64,000 nt of DNA from an uncultured Chloroflexia bacterium (GTDB taxonomy: Bacteria; Chloroflexota; Limnocylindria; Limnocylindrales; CSP1-4): the NCBI GenBank assembly GCA_963727055.1, contig CAVSEN010000002.1, forward strand, positions 992,199 to 1,056,198, given 5' to 3'. The notes under the pieces are model-generated. The model made no database searches, was not told the DNA's origin, and was given only the letters and a program-made list of their open reading frames with translations. A program made the translations under genes and the position numbers. This document shows, in pieces, positions 9,178-20,036 of the stretch (the first letter of the stretch is position 1; each line of letters starts with the position of its first letter).

Positions 9178-10190
9178 ATGACCGAAGGACGGCGGTCGGC
9201 GACCCGAGGCGCCGAGCCGGGCAACGACCGCGCTCGAAGCACCCCATCGCCGGGCGGGCGAAGGCGGCCCGCGTCGTCGAGCGAACGGCGTCCTGCTCTA
9301 TCGCGGCGGCTCGTGGCTGCTCGGCCACCTGCCGGCCCGTCCGGCCTGGACCGTCGATCGGCTGGTTCACCCAGGCGTCGTACCTGCTGTGGCCGACGAA
9401 GCGGCGCTGGTCGAACGGGAACTTCGGCCACGTCCTCGGCCTGCCGCCGGACAGCCCGGCGCGTGCGCCGGCTCGCCCTGCGGGCCTACGCGCACCTACG
9501 CGCCGCTACCTCGTCGAGCTGATGCGCCTGCCGCGCCTGCAGCCAGGCCCAGGCCGGCGACCCTGGTCGACGGCGCACGGCCTCGACGGGGTCGAGCGAT
9601 CTGGCGCTCGTCGAACGGCGGCTCATCCTGGTCGTCTGGCCACGTCGGCAACAACGAGGTCGTTGCGGCCGGGCGTCGCCAACCGCGGCTGGCCGATCAG
9701 CGTCGTGGCCGACGATTCGGCGTTCCCCGAGCTGTTCGAGCTCCTCCGCCGCCAGCGCGAGCAGTGGGGCGTCCACGTCATCCCATGGCGCAACCTGCGC
9801 GAGGTCTACGGCGTCCTGCGCCGGCAGCGAGATGCTCGCCCTGCTCGTCGACTGGGGCTACCGCGACGACGGCATCCCCGTCCGGCTGTTCGGGGCCTGG
9901 ACGACGCTGCCGGCCGGCCCGGCGACGCTCGCGGCCAAGACCGGCGCCACGATCCTGCCGATCGTGATCCGGCGCCAGCCCGACGGCCACTTCCGGGTCG
10001 AGCATCGAACGAGCCGATCACGGTCGCCTCGACCGACCCGGCCGACCTCCAGCGCGCACGCAGGCGATCGCCGACGCGCTCGAGCGGGTGATCGCCGCCG
10101 CGCCCGAGCAGTGGTACAGCTTCAAGCCGATCTGGCCGGCGACCGCGGCCGAGTCCGACGCGCTCGCCGCGCCGGGCCGCGCGAATGGCC
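9178..10190 (+). CDS. HtrB/LpxL-family lipid acyltransferase, PatA-like, copy 1 (frameshifted)
   Basis: Fragments include [33 protein letters not shown] (H-x-G-N-x-E), [73 protein letters not shown] and [14 protein letters not shown]. No stop in any frame separates it from copy 2, so the boundary is approximate. Confidence 0.55.
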
Positions 10191-11181
10191 GCCAACCGTC
10201 AGAAGTCGACCGGAGCGGGCCGCCGAACGAGCCGGAGACCGTCGGCGCAGCCGGCTCGGCGCGCCCGCGTCGCTCGCCGCCGGATCGTGGCTCGCCTGCC
10301 GCCTGCCGGAACGGCCGGCGATCCGCCTGGCCGAGCTGGCCGGCGACCTGTGGTACCGCCTGGCACCCGACAGCGCCGCCTGGCCCGGCGCAACCTCCGG
10401 CGGGTCGTGACCTGGATGGCCGCCGAACGGGTCGGTGACCCGCGGCCTGGCCGGCGGCGAGCGATCCGGCCGCCCTGGAGCGCCTCGTCCGGTCGGCCTT
10501 CCGCCACTACGCCCGCTACTACCTCGAGATGATCCGGGCGCCGATCATGGGCCGGGCCTACGTCCGCGGAACGGACCTCGATCGAGGATCCGGCGGTCGT
10601 CGATGACGCATTCGCCGAGACCGGGCCGGTCATCTTCGTCGGCCTGCATTTCGGCGCGCTCGAGCTGCCGGCTTCTACCTGGCGACGCTCGGGCCGGCCG
10701 TGACCGCGCCGATGGAGACGATCGACGACCCGGCGCTCCAGGCCTGGTTCGTGCGGACCCGGAGCTCGTCGGGATCCGCCTCGTCGGGCTGCGCGAGGCC
10801 CGGCGCGCGCTCCGGCGGCACTGCAGCGGGGCGAGATCGTCGGCCTGGTCGCCGACCGCGACCTGACCGGCGGCGGCATCGCGCTGCCCTTCTTCGGGTC
10901 GCCGGCGCCGATGCCGGCCGGCCCGGGCTCCTGGCGGTCGAGACCGGCGCGCCGGCCTTCGTGGCGGCGAGTTCGGCGGACGCACCGCGGCCGCTACCGG
11001 GGCCGGCTCGGGCGGATCGATGCCGCCCGCAGCGGGCACCCGGCGCGAGCGGGTGACGGCCTTCCTGACGGCCGAGGTCGGCGGCCTTCGAGCGCGTGAT
11101 CGCCCCGGCCCCGGAGCAGTGGTGGGCCGTCTTCTTCCCGATCTGGCCGACCGCGGTGTCGGCAGTCGAGGCCGGCCGTGA
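10185..11181 (+). CDS. HtrB/LpxL-family lipid acyltransferase, copy 2 (frameshifted)
   Basis: Fragments include AIRLAELAGDLWYRLAPDSAA, RRNLRRVV, RSAFRHYARYYLEMIRAP, FVGLHFGALELP, VGLVADRDLTGGG, PMPAGPG and APAPEQWWAVFFPIWP. The order parallels copy 1. The probable GTGA overlap with the next gene supports the end. Confidence 0.55.
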
Positions 11182-12015
11182 GCGGCGGCCGAGTCGGAGC
11201 CGGCGCCGCCGGGCGCGCCGACCTCCACATCCACACCCTCGCCTCGGACGGGACCGCCGGCATCGACGAGATCCTCGATCGCGTCGAGGCGCCGCCGACC
11301 TCGACGTCATCGCGATCGCGGACCACGAGCGGATCGACGCCGCCCGTGGCCGGCGCGACATGGCCCGCGCCGCGGCCTGCCGGTCGAAGTCGTCGTCGGC
11401 GAGGAGATCACGACCCGCGGCGGCCACCTCCTCGCCCTGTTTCTCGAGCGAGCCGGTCCGCCCGTTGCGGTCGCTCCGCGCGACGATCGCCGCCGTCCAC
11501 GAGCAGGGCGGCCTGGCGATCCCGGCCCACCCGCTCTTCCCGTACCCGCTGTGCGCCCAGGGCGATCATGCTCCGCCGCCTGCTCGCCGACCCGGACCGC
11601 GCTTCCACCCCGACGCGCTCGAGGCCTTCAACCCGACCGACGTTCGGGCGGCCGGTCCACCGCCGGGTCGTCCGGTTCGCCGAGGATCACGGGCTGGCGC
11701 GCGATCGGCAACAGCGACGCGCACGCCGCGCGAGGCGATCGGGCCAGGCTCGGACCACGTTCCCGGGCCGGACCGCCGAGCGATCTCCGCGCGGGCGATC
11801 GTCGCCCGCGAGACCGCGCTGGCACGGCACGTTCCATGCCACGGCCGGGCAGCTCGCGACGTTCGCGGCGGCAGCTGCGCAAGTACGGGCGCGACGTGCG
11901 CGACGAGACGCGTGGGCGGGTTCGCAGCGACGGCACCGGCCGCGACCATGGCTATCCGGGCGGCCGGCACCGGCCGCCGCGCCTGGACCTGGGTCCCGAC
12001 GAGGACGGCCGATGA
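11178..12015 (+). CDS. PHP-domain metal-dependent phosphoesterase (frameshifted)
   Basis: ADLHIHTLASDGTAGIDEIL, DVIAIADHERIDAA, AAVHEQGGLAIPAHPLFPY, ALEAFNPT and IGNSDAHA occur across several frames. Its stop TGA overlaps the pimA ATG. Confidence 0.65.
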
Positions 12016-13197
12016 AGATCGGCCTCGTCACGCCCGTACGTCTACCCGGTGCCCGGCGGCGTCAACGAGCACGTCCGCTACCTCTACGAGAACCTCCGCC
12101 TGCGCGGCCACGACGTGCGGATCATCAGCAGCAGCCACGGCCTCCAGCGCGCGTCGGAGGGCGACGTCATCCGGCTCGGCAAGGGCTTCAGCATGCCGAC
12201 CAACGGCTCGGTGGGGACGATCACCGTGTCGCCCCGCTACGTCGGCCAGGTCGGCCGGATGCTCGAGCGGGAGCAGTTCGACCTCCTCCACTTCCACGAG
12301 CCGTTCGTGCCCTTCCTGTCGCTGATCCTGCTGCGCCAGTCGAGCAGCGTGAACATCGCGACCTTCCACGCCTATGCCGGCTTCTCGCCCTCGTACGAGT
12401 TCGGGCGCCGGTTCATGCAGGGCCACGCCGCGCGGCTGCACGGCCGGATCGCGGTCAGCGCCGCGGCGCGCCACTTCATCGACCGCTACTTCCCGGGCGA
12501 CTACAAGGTCATCCCGAACGGCGTCGACGTCGAGCGCTTCCGGCGGGCGGTGCCGATCGCCCGCTGGCAGGACGGGACCCCGAACCTCCTCTTCGTCGGC
12601 CGCCACGAGCCGCGCAAGGGCCTCATCGAACTCCTCAAGGCGTACCGGATCCTGCGCCGAGACCGGCGTTGCCTGCCGCCTGCTCATCGTCGGCTCGGGC
12701 CCCAGGAGCGCGAGGCGCGGCGCTACGTCCTGACCCGCCGGCTGCACGGCGTCGAGTTCCTGGGCCGCGTCAGCGACGACGAGAAGGCGCAGCTCTTCCG
12801 GACCGCCGACGTCTTCGTCTCGCCGGCGACCGGCCACGAGTCGTTCGGCATCGTCCTGCTCGAGGCGATGGCCGCCGGCGCCCCGATCGTGTGCAGCGAC
12901 ATCCACGGCTACAAGGGCGTGGTCCGGCGCGGGGCGAACGGGACTGCTCGTCGCCGCCACGAGCCCAAGGAGCTCGCCGCGGCGATCGCCCGCCTGCTCG
13001 CCGACGGCCCGCTGCGCGAATGGATGCTCCGGGCCGGGCTCGCCCGGGCGGCCGAGTTCAGCTGGGAGCGGGTGACGGCCAAGGTCGAGGAGTACTACGG
13101 CTTCGTCATCCGCCGGCTGGCCGCGACGGGCAGCCTGCCGCCCGACTTCCACGCCGAGGTGCCCGGGGGGTTGGTCCAGCCGATCGACGCCCCATAG
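12012..13197 (+). CDS. pimA: GT4 phosphatidylinositol alpha-mannosyltransferase (frameshifted)
   Basis: MKIGLVTP then (extra g at about 12036) YVYPVPGGVNEHVRYLYENL. EPRKG and ESFGIVLLEAMAAG (E-x7-E) are present. Compensating indel pairs lie at about 12655/12700 and about 12935/12960. Confidence 0.8.
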
Positions 13198-13215
13198 GCG
13201 CCGGGCTCGGCCGGC

Positions 13216-16200
13216 TCAGGCGCCGTCCGGCTGGGGCGTGGCCGAGCCGTCGTCGGTGCCCGGGAGCTGGGCCGGCGGCCGCGGAATCCGGCTGCCCAGG
13301 CGCTGTAGCCGACGACCACGCACAGGACCGCGAGCATCACCAGGGTCAGGACGGGACGAGCGAGAGGAGCGGCTGGGAGGCGGCCGGGGCGTCGGTGTTG
13401 ACCGGGAACTGGAACGGGTAGAGCCAGGTCGGCAGCAGGCCCTGGTAGGCGTTGAACAGCGTCGAGGGCAGCGGCAGCGCGGCGATGTTCGGGTAGAAGA
13501 CGACGAAGAACACCGCCGCCGCGGCGAGCACGCCGACCACGAACCGGCGGGCATCGCGGGCGGTCAGGACGACCCACGCGATCGGGACCAGGACGGCCAG
13601 GATGACGATCGCGATCGGGCCGTCGAGAACCGGCCTGGTCGATCAGCGGCGTCGACGGCAGGAGCGCCCGCACGGCGACGACGGCGATCACCGCGCCCAC
13701 GGCGGTGCCCACGATCTGGGCCAGCTGCCGGTCGCCGCCGCCGCGCCGCAGGCGCAGGAGCTGGATGATCAGAGGACGGCCGCGACGAGCATGACCAGGC
13801 CCAGCGCCGGCGGCCTGGTAGGTGATCACGAGGTCGCCCGGCGTGGCATCGACGCAGGCGCCCGAGCCGGGATTCGCGGCATTGACCCGGACGTAGTCGC
13901 ACAGCGGCCCCTTGAACGGCCAGAGCAACGCCGGTCCGAGGACGACGGCCGCCGCCGAGACCCGGGCCAGCAGCCACGTCCGGCGCGACGGCGCCGTGCC
14001 ACAGCTCGGCGAGGAAGTAGGCCAGGGCGAGGACCAGGAACGGCAGGCTCGTGTAGTAGTGGTACTGGAACGTGGCCCGGTCGATCCGCACCCAGGGCAG
14101 CCACTGGAGGCGAAGCCGACGACGATCAGGCCGAGGCCCAGGCTGCCGCCGCTTGAACGCCTGCCAGGCGACGAACGCCATGGCCGGGATCCCCAGCCAC
14201 CAGATGACGAGGTTGCCGGCGTCGTAGATCGCTGCCGAGGTGTTGCCGGCGAAGCCGACCTGGTAGAACCAGACCGGCTTGAGGTCGAGCGGCCAGGCCC
14301 AGAACGGCGACGAGGCCGCGTGGGTGGCGCGCAGGTTGTTGTGGTAGTCGTACATCGACTGCGTCAGCTGGATCAGGGTCTGGCCGGTGTGCCCCGGCGG
14401 CCAGGTGTCGGTCAGCCGGTTGCCCAGGGCGACCCAGGGCAGGTACGAGATGACGTACACGACGAGGGGCAGCACGAGGAGCGAGGCCACCATCCAGGCG
14501 ATCGGGATGCCGAAGCCCCAGCCGAGGCGCAGCCAGCCCGGCGGCGGTGCGGCCGCCGGCGCGGCCAGCCGGAGCGGATCGCCCGCTTCGAGGGGCGGGG
14601 TCAGCGGACCGAGGCCGAACGACCCGGCCAGCCGGAACACGAGGTAGACGATTCCCGAGGCGACGATCAGGGCGCCGGCGATCTCGACCGGTTCGACCCT
14701 GATGGAGCCGAGGGCGTAGGCCCTGGTCGCGACCCCACCGGCCACCGCGCCGAGGAAGACGACGATCCCCAGGAGGGCCGGGCCGGCGATCGCGAGGCGG
14801 GTCTCGTCGTCGGTCCAGGCGATCGGCCGGAGGACCGTGTGGAGGACCGCGGCCAGGGTCATCCCGACCATGACGAAGACGAAGAAGTAGTTCGGGCCGC
14901 TCGTCGGATGGATCGCCGGCAGGGCGGTCAGGGCGATGTAGCCGAGAACGACCGTGCCCCCGATCAGGCTCAGGATCAGGATGATCCGGCCGAGCGCGGA
15001 CCGGCCGAGGATCAGGATCCCGATTCCCGCGATCGCGTACAGCCCGACCCACTTGCTGGCCAGGGCCAGGCCGAGCAGGACCCCGACGACCGGCAGGGCC
15101 ACGAGCCAGGCCCAGCGCCAGCGCCACCAGCCCGTCCAGACGGCGGCGAACAGGGTGTAGGCGGCGACGATGAAGAAGCCCACGTAGACGTCGTTCATCG
15201 CGATCCGCGACTGGACGAAGAACATCCCGTCGACCGCCACCAGGATCCCGGCCAGGACGGCGATCGAGCGGCGCCTGAACAGGATCCGGGCGAGCAGGTA
15301 GAGCAGGACCGCGGTCAGGGCGCCCAGGACGACCCCCGGGAAGCGCCAGGCGAACGGATCGCCGCCGACGTCGATCGTGGCCAGGGTCCCGTCGGCCGAG
15401 GCGACGAGGAGCTGCTCGCGGTCCGTGCTCGGATAGTCGTGGTTGGCGTCGAGGGCCCAGGCCACGCTCGTGATCGGCAGCTGGGCGTCGGCGTAGATGG
15501 CATTGCCGTGCGGCTCGACGACATACACCGTCTCGGCCGAGCCGTCGGGCGTCCGGCCCAGGACGTGGACCATCTTGGTGGCCTCGTCGAAGACCACCTT
15601 GCTGACCTGGCCGGGCATCGGGAACGAGGTCAGCAGGTCGGGCGGCTTGGGCGCACCGCTCGACGAATCGGCGATCGAGATCGTGGCCACGTTCTTGTTC
15701 GCCTCGGCGACATACAGCGTCGGCGTGTCGATGTTGACCTCGGCCAGGCCGAGCGCAGCCGCGCTCGTCGCGACGAGGACGTCCTTCTGGCCGGTCGACG
15801 CCGCGATGAACGTGACGCCGGCCGTGCCGGCCGCGGCGACCTCGGGCAGCGACTGGACGGCGAAGCCGGCCAGCGGGCCGTCGGTGATCGACTTGCCGAT
15901 CGAGTCGATCCCGGTCGCGGGAATCGCCCCGAGGACGACCGCCTGGCTGTCGCCGGACTGGTTGGCGATCGACTTGAGGCGGCTCTCGATCGTCGCCGCG
16001 TCGAGCAGGGTGTCGGTCGCGATCACCTTCGCCTCGGCGGTCGGGTCGGTGATCGCCGAGGGTGCCGCCACGAGGGCGCTGGCGCTGCCGCCGTCGGCCA
16101 GCCCGGCCAGACCGTCGACGTGGACCCGGCCGGCGATCACGCCGCTCGCCGGATCGATCGCGACCACGTCCGAGGCGCTCGTTCCGGCGACCATCGTCGT

Positions 16201-18569
16201 CCCGTCGGAGCTCAGCCACAGCTCGTTGATCCCGACGCCCAGGTTGGCCACGGTCGCGGGCACGGTCCCGCTCGGCGCCGGCGGCGGGTTGGCGGTGCGC
16301 AGCGGGTCGAGCTCCTCGGCCGTGTCGATTGTCGCGATCACCCCGCTCGCCGTCCCGACGTAGACCCGGTGGTCGGAGCTGTCCAGGAACAGCGACTGGG
16401 CCCCGGGCAGGCTGTAGGTGGCGACCAGGTCGCGGGTCTGCAGGTCGTAGACCCGGACCTGGTCGCTGCCGGCGACGTAGAACCGGTCGCCCGCCCGGCT
16501 GCTGGGCAGGTTGGGATCCTCCCAGCGCGGCTCGACCAGGACGTCCTTGACCGAGACGCCGAGCTGGGTCGTGGCCGTGACCTTGTTGTCGCCCAGGAGC
16601 TCGATCCCCTCGGCCATCGAGTACTTGGCGAGGTGGGGGTGGGTGAACTCGTAGATGTCGTGGGGCATCCCGTAGCGCCAGTCCTGGAGGAACTCCATCG
16701 CCGTCCGGGCGTGGTAGACCTCGTCGAAGTGGAACTCGTAGGGGTCCGACAGGCGGAACAGGCGCAGGGTGAGGAGGCCGACCAGGAGGACGGCCATGAT
16801 CAGCAGGTCGAGCTTGTCGATCCGGCCGCCACCCTCGGCCCACAGGCCGCGCGAGCGATCGGCCAGGCGCGGCCGGCGATCGAAGAGGCGGCGCAGGAAT
16901 CCGGGCTGCTCATGGTGGCCGACGGCCCTGCCGCTGAACGGAGCCCAGGCGGCCGACGGGGCCAGGTCGGTGATGTCCGGCGTGTCCGCCGCGTCGGCCA
17001 CGTCGGCCGAGAGCGCCGCGCTCGCCGGCGCGAGCCACGACCCGGCCAGAGCCGGCGCGGGCAGGCCCGGCGCGGGCAGGCGCGGCGCGGGCGCGCCGAT
17101 CGGCCGCAGGTCGGCGCCGGCCGGCTCCGGCTCGCCGGCCAGGGCGTCCGCCTCGGACTCGGCGTCGAGCCGGCGCTGGGCCCCGGGGCGCAGCTCGGTC
17201 AGCGCCCAGATCCCGACGAGGAGATGGACCAGCGCGGCGATCGTCACCCCGGCCTGCGAGCGAATCGCGTCGCCGACGCCCAGCCAGTCGCTGATCCCGG
17301 GGTTGTTGTAGAAGGGCGTCGTCAGGACCGCGTAGAGATTGGCGAAGTTGGCCAGGGCCAGGGCGAAGTAGGCCAGCCGCCAGCGGAACGAGGTGGCGGC
17401 CAGGATCGCGCCAAGGGCGAAGAACGGGAACAGGTAGCGCTCGTGGACCCGGGTCGGGACCACGAAGAAGGCGATCGCCAGGACCGTCAGCCCGACGAGG
17501 ATCGTGCGCCGGTCGGGACGCACGGCGACCACCACGCTGACCAGCACGATCACGGCCAGGAGGAGGGCCGTCCCGACGAACAGGGCCGGGACGCCCAGGA
17601 TCGTGACCGGGTCGCCGGGTGCCGTCGGGTTGGCGATGTCCGGTAACCAGCTGCCCGAGCGGGCCAGGCCGCTGCCGGCCTGCTCGATCAGGGCCCACGG
17701 GTTGTAGGCGTTGACCGTGATGTAGGGGTAGCCGCCGGCGGTCTTGCCGACCTGGACGAGCAGGTCGACGATCGACAGGCCGAACGGCGCCGAGAGGGCG
17801 GCGGCCGTGCCGACGGCCAGCAGGCCGCTGGTCAGCAGCCGGATCGGGCCGCGGCCGAGGCGTCCGCCCAGGCCGGCCCGGCCGGCGCGTCCGGTTCGGC
17901 GCCGGCTTCCGGACCCGGCTCGGCGCCGGAGCCCCGCCGGAGCGGATCGACCAGGTGGCGCTTGATCAGGACGGCGACCAGGATCGGCACCAGGATGCCG
18001 AGCTGGGGCTTGATCACCGCGGCGATCGTGGCCAGGATCGCCGCCCGTTCAGGGTGGTCGCGCCACAGCTCGCGCAGGGCGAGGAGCAGGAAGACGAGGC
18101 CGAAGGAGTCGACCTGGGCCCACACGGCGCTGTCGAACCAGGTCACCGGATTGACCACGAACAGGAGCGCGCCGAGGAGCGCCGCCCGGCGCGACCCTCC
18201 GAGCTCCACGACCAGCTGGTGGACCAGGTAGCCGACGGCAACGTCGGCCAGGATCGCCGGCAGCTTGATCAGGTCACCGAGGCCGCCCAGCCAGCTGCCG
18301 ACGATGCCGAGCAGCCACAGCACGTAGAGGTAGCCCGGGGTGTAGTCGATGAACGACACCCGGCCGTAGAAGCCACCCGGGCCGTGCGCCGCGAGGTCGT
18401 TCGCCCAGGCGATGAACGACGCGCGGTCCACGCCGAAGCCGGAGCCCGGGAGGAGGACGTATGCGATGATGAGGCGGAAGGCGAGCCCGACGAGGAGGAT
18501 CGCGAGCAATCCGCGCGCGGCCCCCAACGACCGCTGCGTCACACTCGGGCCCCGGTCGGACGCACCCAT
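13216..18569 (-). CDS. about 1780-aa GT-C fusion: Gpi18/ALG6-8-like module plus PMT (GT39)-like O-mannosyltransferase with a beta-propeller insert
   Basis: It joins track ORFs 17832..18632 and 13564..17553, which is open upstream to about 17830, through one frame change near 17.85-17.9 kb.
- N-terminal module: FGVDRASFIAWANDL, FIDYTPGYLYVLW, WAQVDSFG, IKPQLG, PTRVHERYLFPFF.
- Linker, then the PMT loop-1 motif FHFDEVYHARTA and THPHLAKY.
- An insert of about 470 aa of YVTN-like repeats.
- PMT TM core and FQYHYYTSLPFL (4TMC-like).
- The C-terminal 900 nt is frameshifted. The stop at 13216 was chosen on third-position GC. Confidence 0.65.
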
Positions 18570-18640
18570 CGCGGGGCCTGCCAACGTCGTTGGCCTCCTG
18601 CACGAGCGCTGAGGTGGAGCGGAGGATAGCACAAGGTCCC

Positions 18641-20017
18641 GTGACGACCGCTGCCGGAGATGCCGCCGACACCGACGCGTCGTGGACCGACTCCCCCGTC
18701 CGGGTTGGCCTGCTGATCTTCCTGGGGATGCTGGTGATCTACGTCATCAGCAACCCGGATCGGGTCAACTTCTACAACCACTTCGTGTGGCAGGCGTCGG
18801 CCTGGCTCGATGGCCAGGCCGGGATCAGGTTCCCGGTGACGGGCACGGCCACGTCGCCGGGCAACGACTACTTCCAGGACGTGTTCCCGATCGCCGGCAG
18901 CTCGCCGCCGCGAGCGCTCATCCCGTTCCCGCCGCTGCCCGCCGTCGTCCTCCTGCCGTTCGTGGCCGTCTTCGGCCTGTCGACCAATGCCCAGCTGATC
19001 GCCACGTTCATCGGCGCGATCGACGTCGCCCTCGCGTTCTGGATGCTCGGCCGGCTGCCGCTCGATCGGCCGGTTCGGATTGCGACCACGATCTTCCTCG
19101 GTCTGGGCACGGTCCTGTGGTATGCCGCCGAGCTCGGCTCGACCTGGTTCCTGGCCCACGTCGTCGCCGTCGGGCTGACCCTGGCGGCGATCGCGGTGGC
19201 CCTCGGGGCGGATCCGCGGGCCGCAATTGGAGACGACGAAGCCGCCCCAGATGAGACGGTCGTCGTCGCCAACCGGTTCCTCGGCCTCGATCGGCGCCAG
19301 CTCCTGGCGGGGCTCCTGTTCGGGCTGGCCTGCACCGCCCGCCTGACGGTCGTCTTCGGTGCGCCGTTCTTCGTGCTCGTCGGCGGGGGTGGGTCGTGGC
19401 TGCGCCGGGCGATCGCCGCCGGGATCGGGACGGCGATCCCGATCCTCGTCTTCCTGGCCTACAACCAGGTCACGACCGGCCACCTGATGACGCCCGTCTA
19501 CGACTACCTGTACGGGCTGGAGACCGGCGCCTATCCCCAGCTCAACTACCACGCCGGCTGGGCGATCGAGGACCCGCGCTACCTCGTCCAGAACCTGCCC
19601 CTGATGATCGGCGGCCTGCCGGATATCCTTCCGCCGTGCGACCCGAACGCGGTCCGCGGGCTGTTCAGCGCGACGTGTCCGGTGATCGCCCCGCGCGATG
19701 TGGGGATGAGCCTGTTCCTGACCAGCCCGGCCTGGCTGCTCGGCTTCCTGTCGCTGCGCTGGTGGGGGATGGATCGCCTGGTCAGCGGCAGCGCCCTGGC
19801 GGTGGCGGCGATCGCCATCGTCAACCTGATGCACTTCAGCCAGGGCTGGGTCCAGTTCGGCTATCGGTTCAGCAACGACTTCGCGCCGTTCGCCCTCGTC
19901 CTCGTGGCGGTCGCCCTGCAGGCCAGCCGGCGCCGGTCGATCGGCTACGTCCTGGTCGGCGCCTCGGTCGCCATCAACCTGTGGGGGGTGACCTGGGGTC
20001 ACCTGTTGGGCTGGTGA
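18641..20017 (+). CDS. polytopic GT-C-type (ArnT/PMT_2-like) membrane glycosyltransferase
   Basis: The track ORF runs 18590..20017 (TTG). The GTG at 18641 is preferred because GGAGGA lies upstream. It has more than 10 hydrophobic segments and the loop motifs NDYFQDVFP and IPFPPLPAVVLLPF. It is divergent from the fusion gene. Confidence 0.55.
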   Translation: MTTAAGDAADTDASWTDSPVRVGLLIFLGMLVIYVISNPDRVNFYNHFVWQASAWLDGQAGIRFPVTGTATSPGNDYFQDVFPIAGSSPPRALIPFPPLPAVVLLPFVAVFGLSTNAQLIATFIGAIDVALAFWMLGRLPLDRPVRIATTIFLGLGTVLWYAAELGSTWFLAHVVAVGLTLAAIAVALGADPRAAIGDDEAAPDETVVVANRFLGLDRRQLLAGLLFGLACTARLTVVFGAPFFVLVGGGGSWLRRAIAAGIGTAIPILVFLAYNQVTTGHLMTPVYDYLYGLETGAYPQLNYHAGWAIEDPRYLVQNLPLMIGGLPDILPPCDPNAVRGLFSATCPVIAPRDVGMSLFLTSPAWLLGFLSLRWWGMDRLVSGSALAVAAIAIVNLMHFSQGWVQFGYRFSNDFAPFALVLVAVALQASRRRSIGYVLVGASVAINLWGVTWGHLLGW

Positions 20018-20036
20018 TCGCGACCGGTCGGCGACC

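Noticed and set aside
13912-17646. 1244-aa plus-strand ORF antisense to the GT-C fusion gene. Similar long shadows occur at 197-1240, 2226-3149, 4335-5204, 18539-20038 and 19974-21359.
   Set aside because: The translations are monotonous Arg/Gly/Asp/Pro/Ala strings with no motifs. The opposite strand carries clearly recognisable proteins. Stop-poor antisense frames are expected at this GC content.
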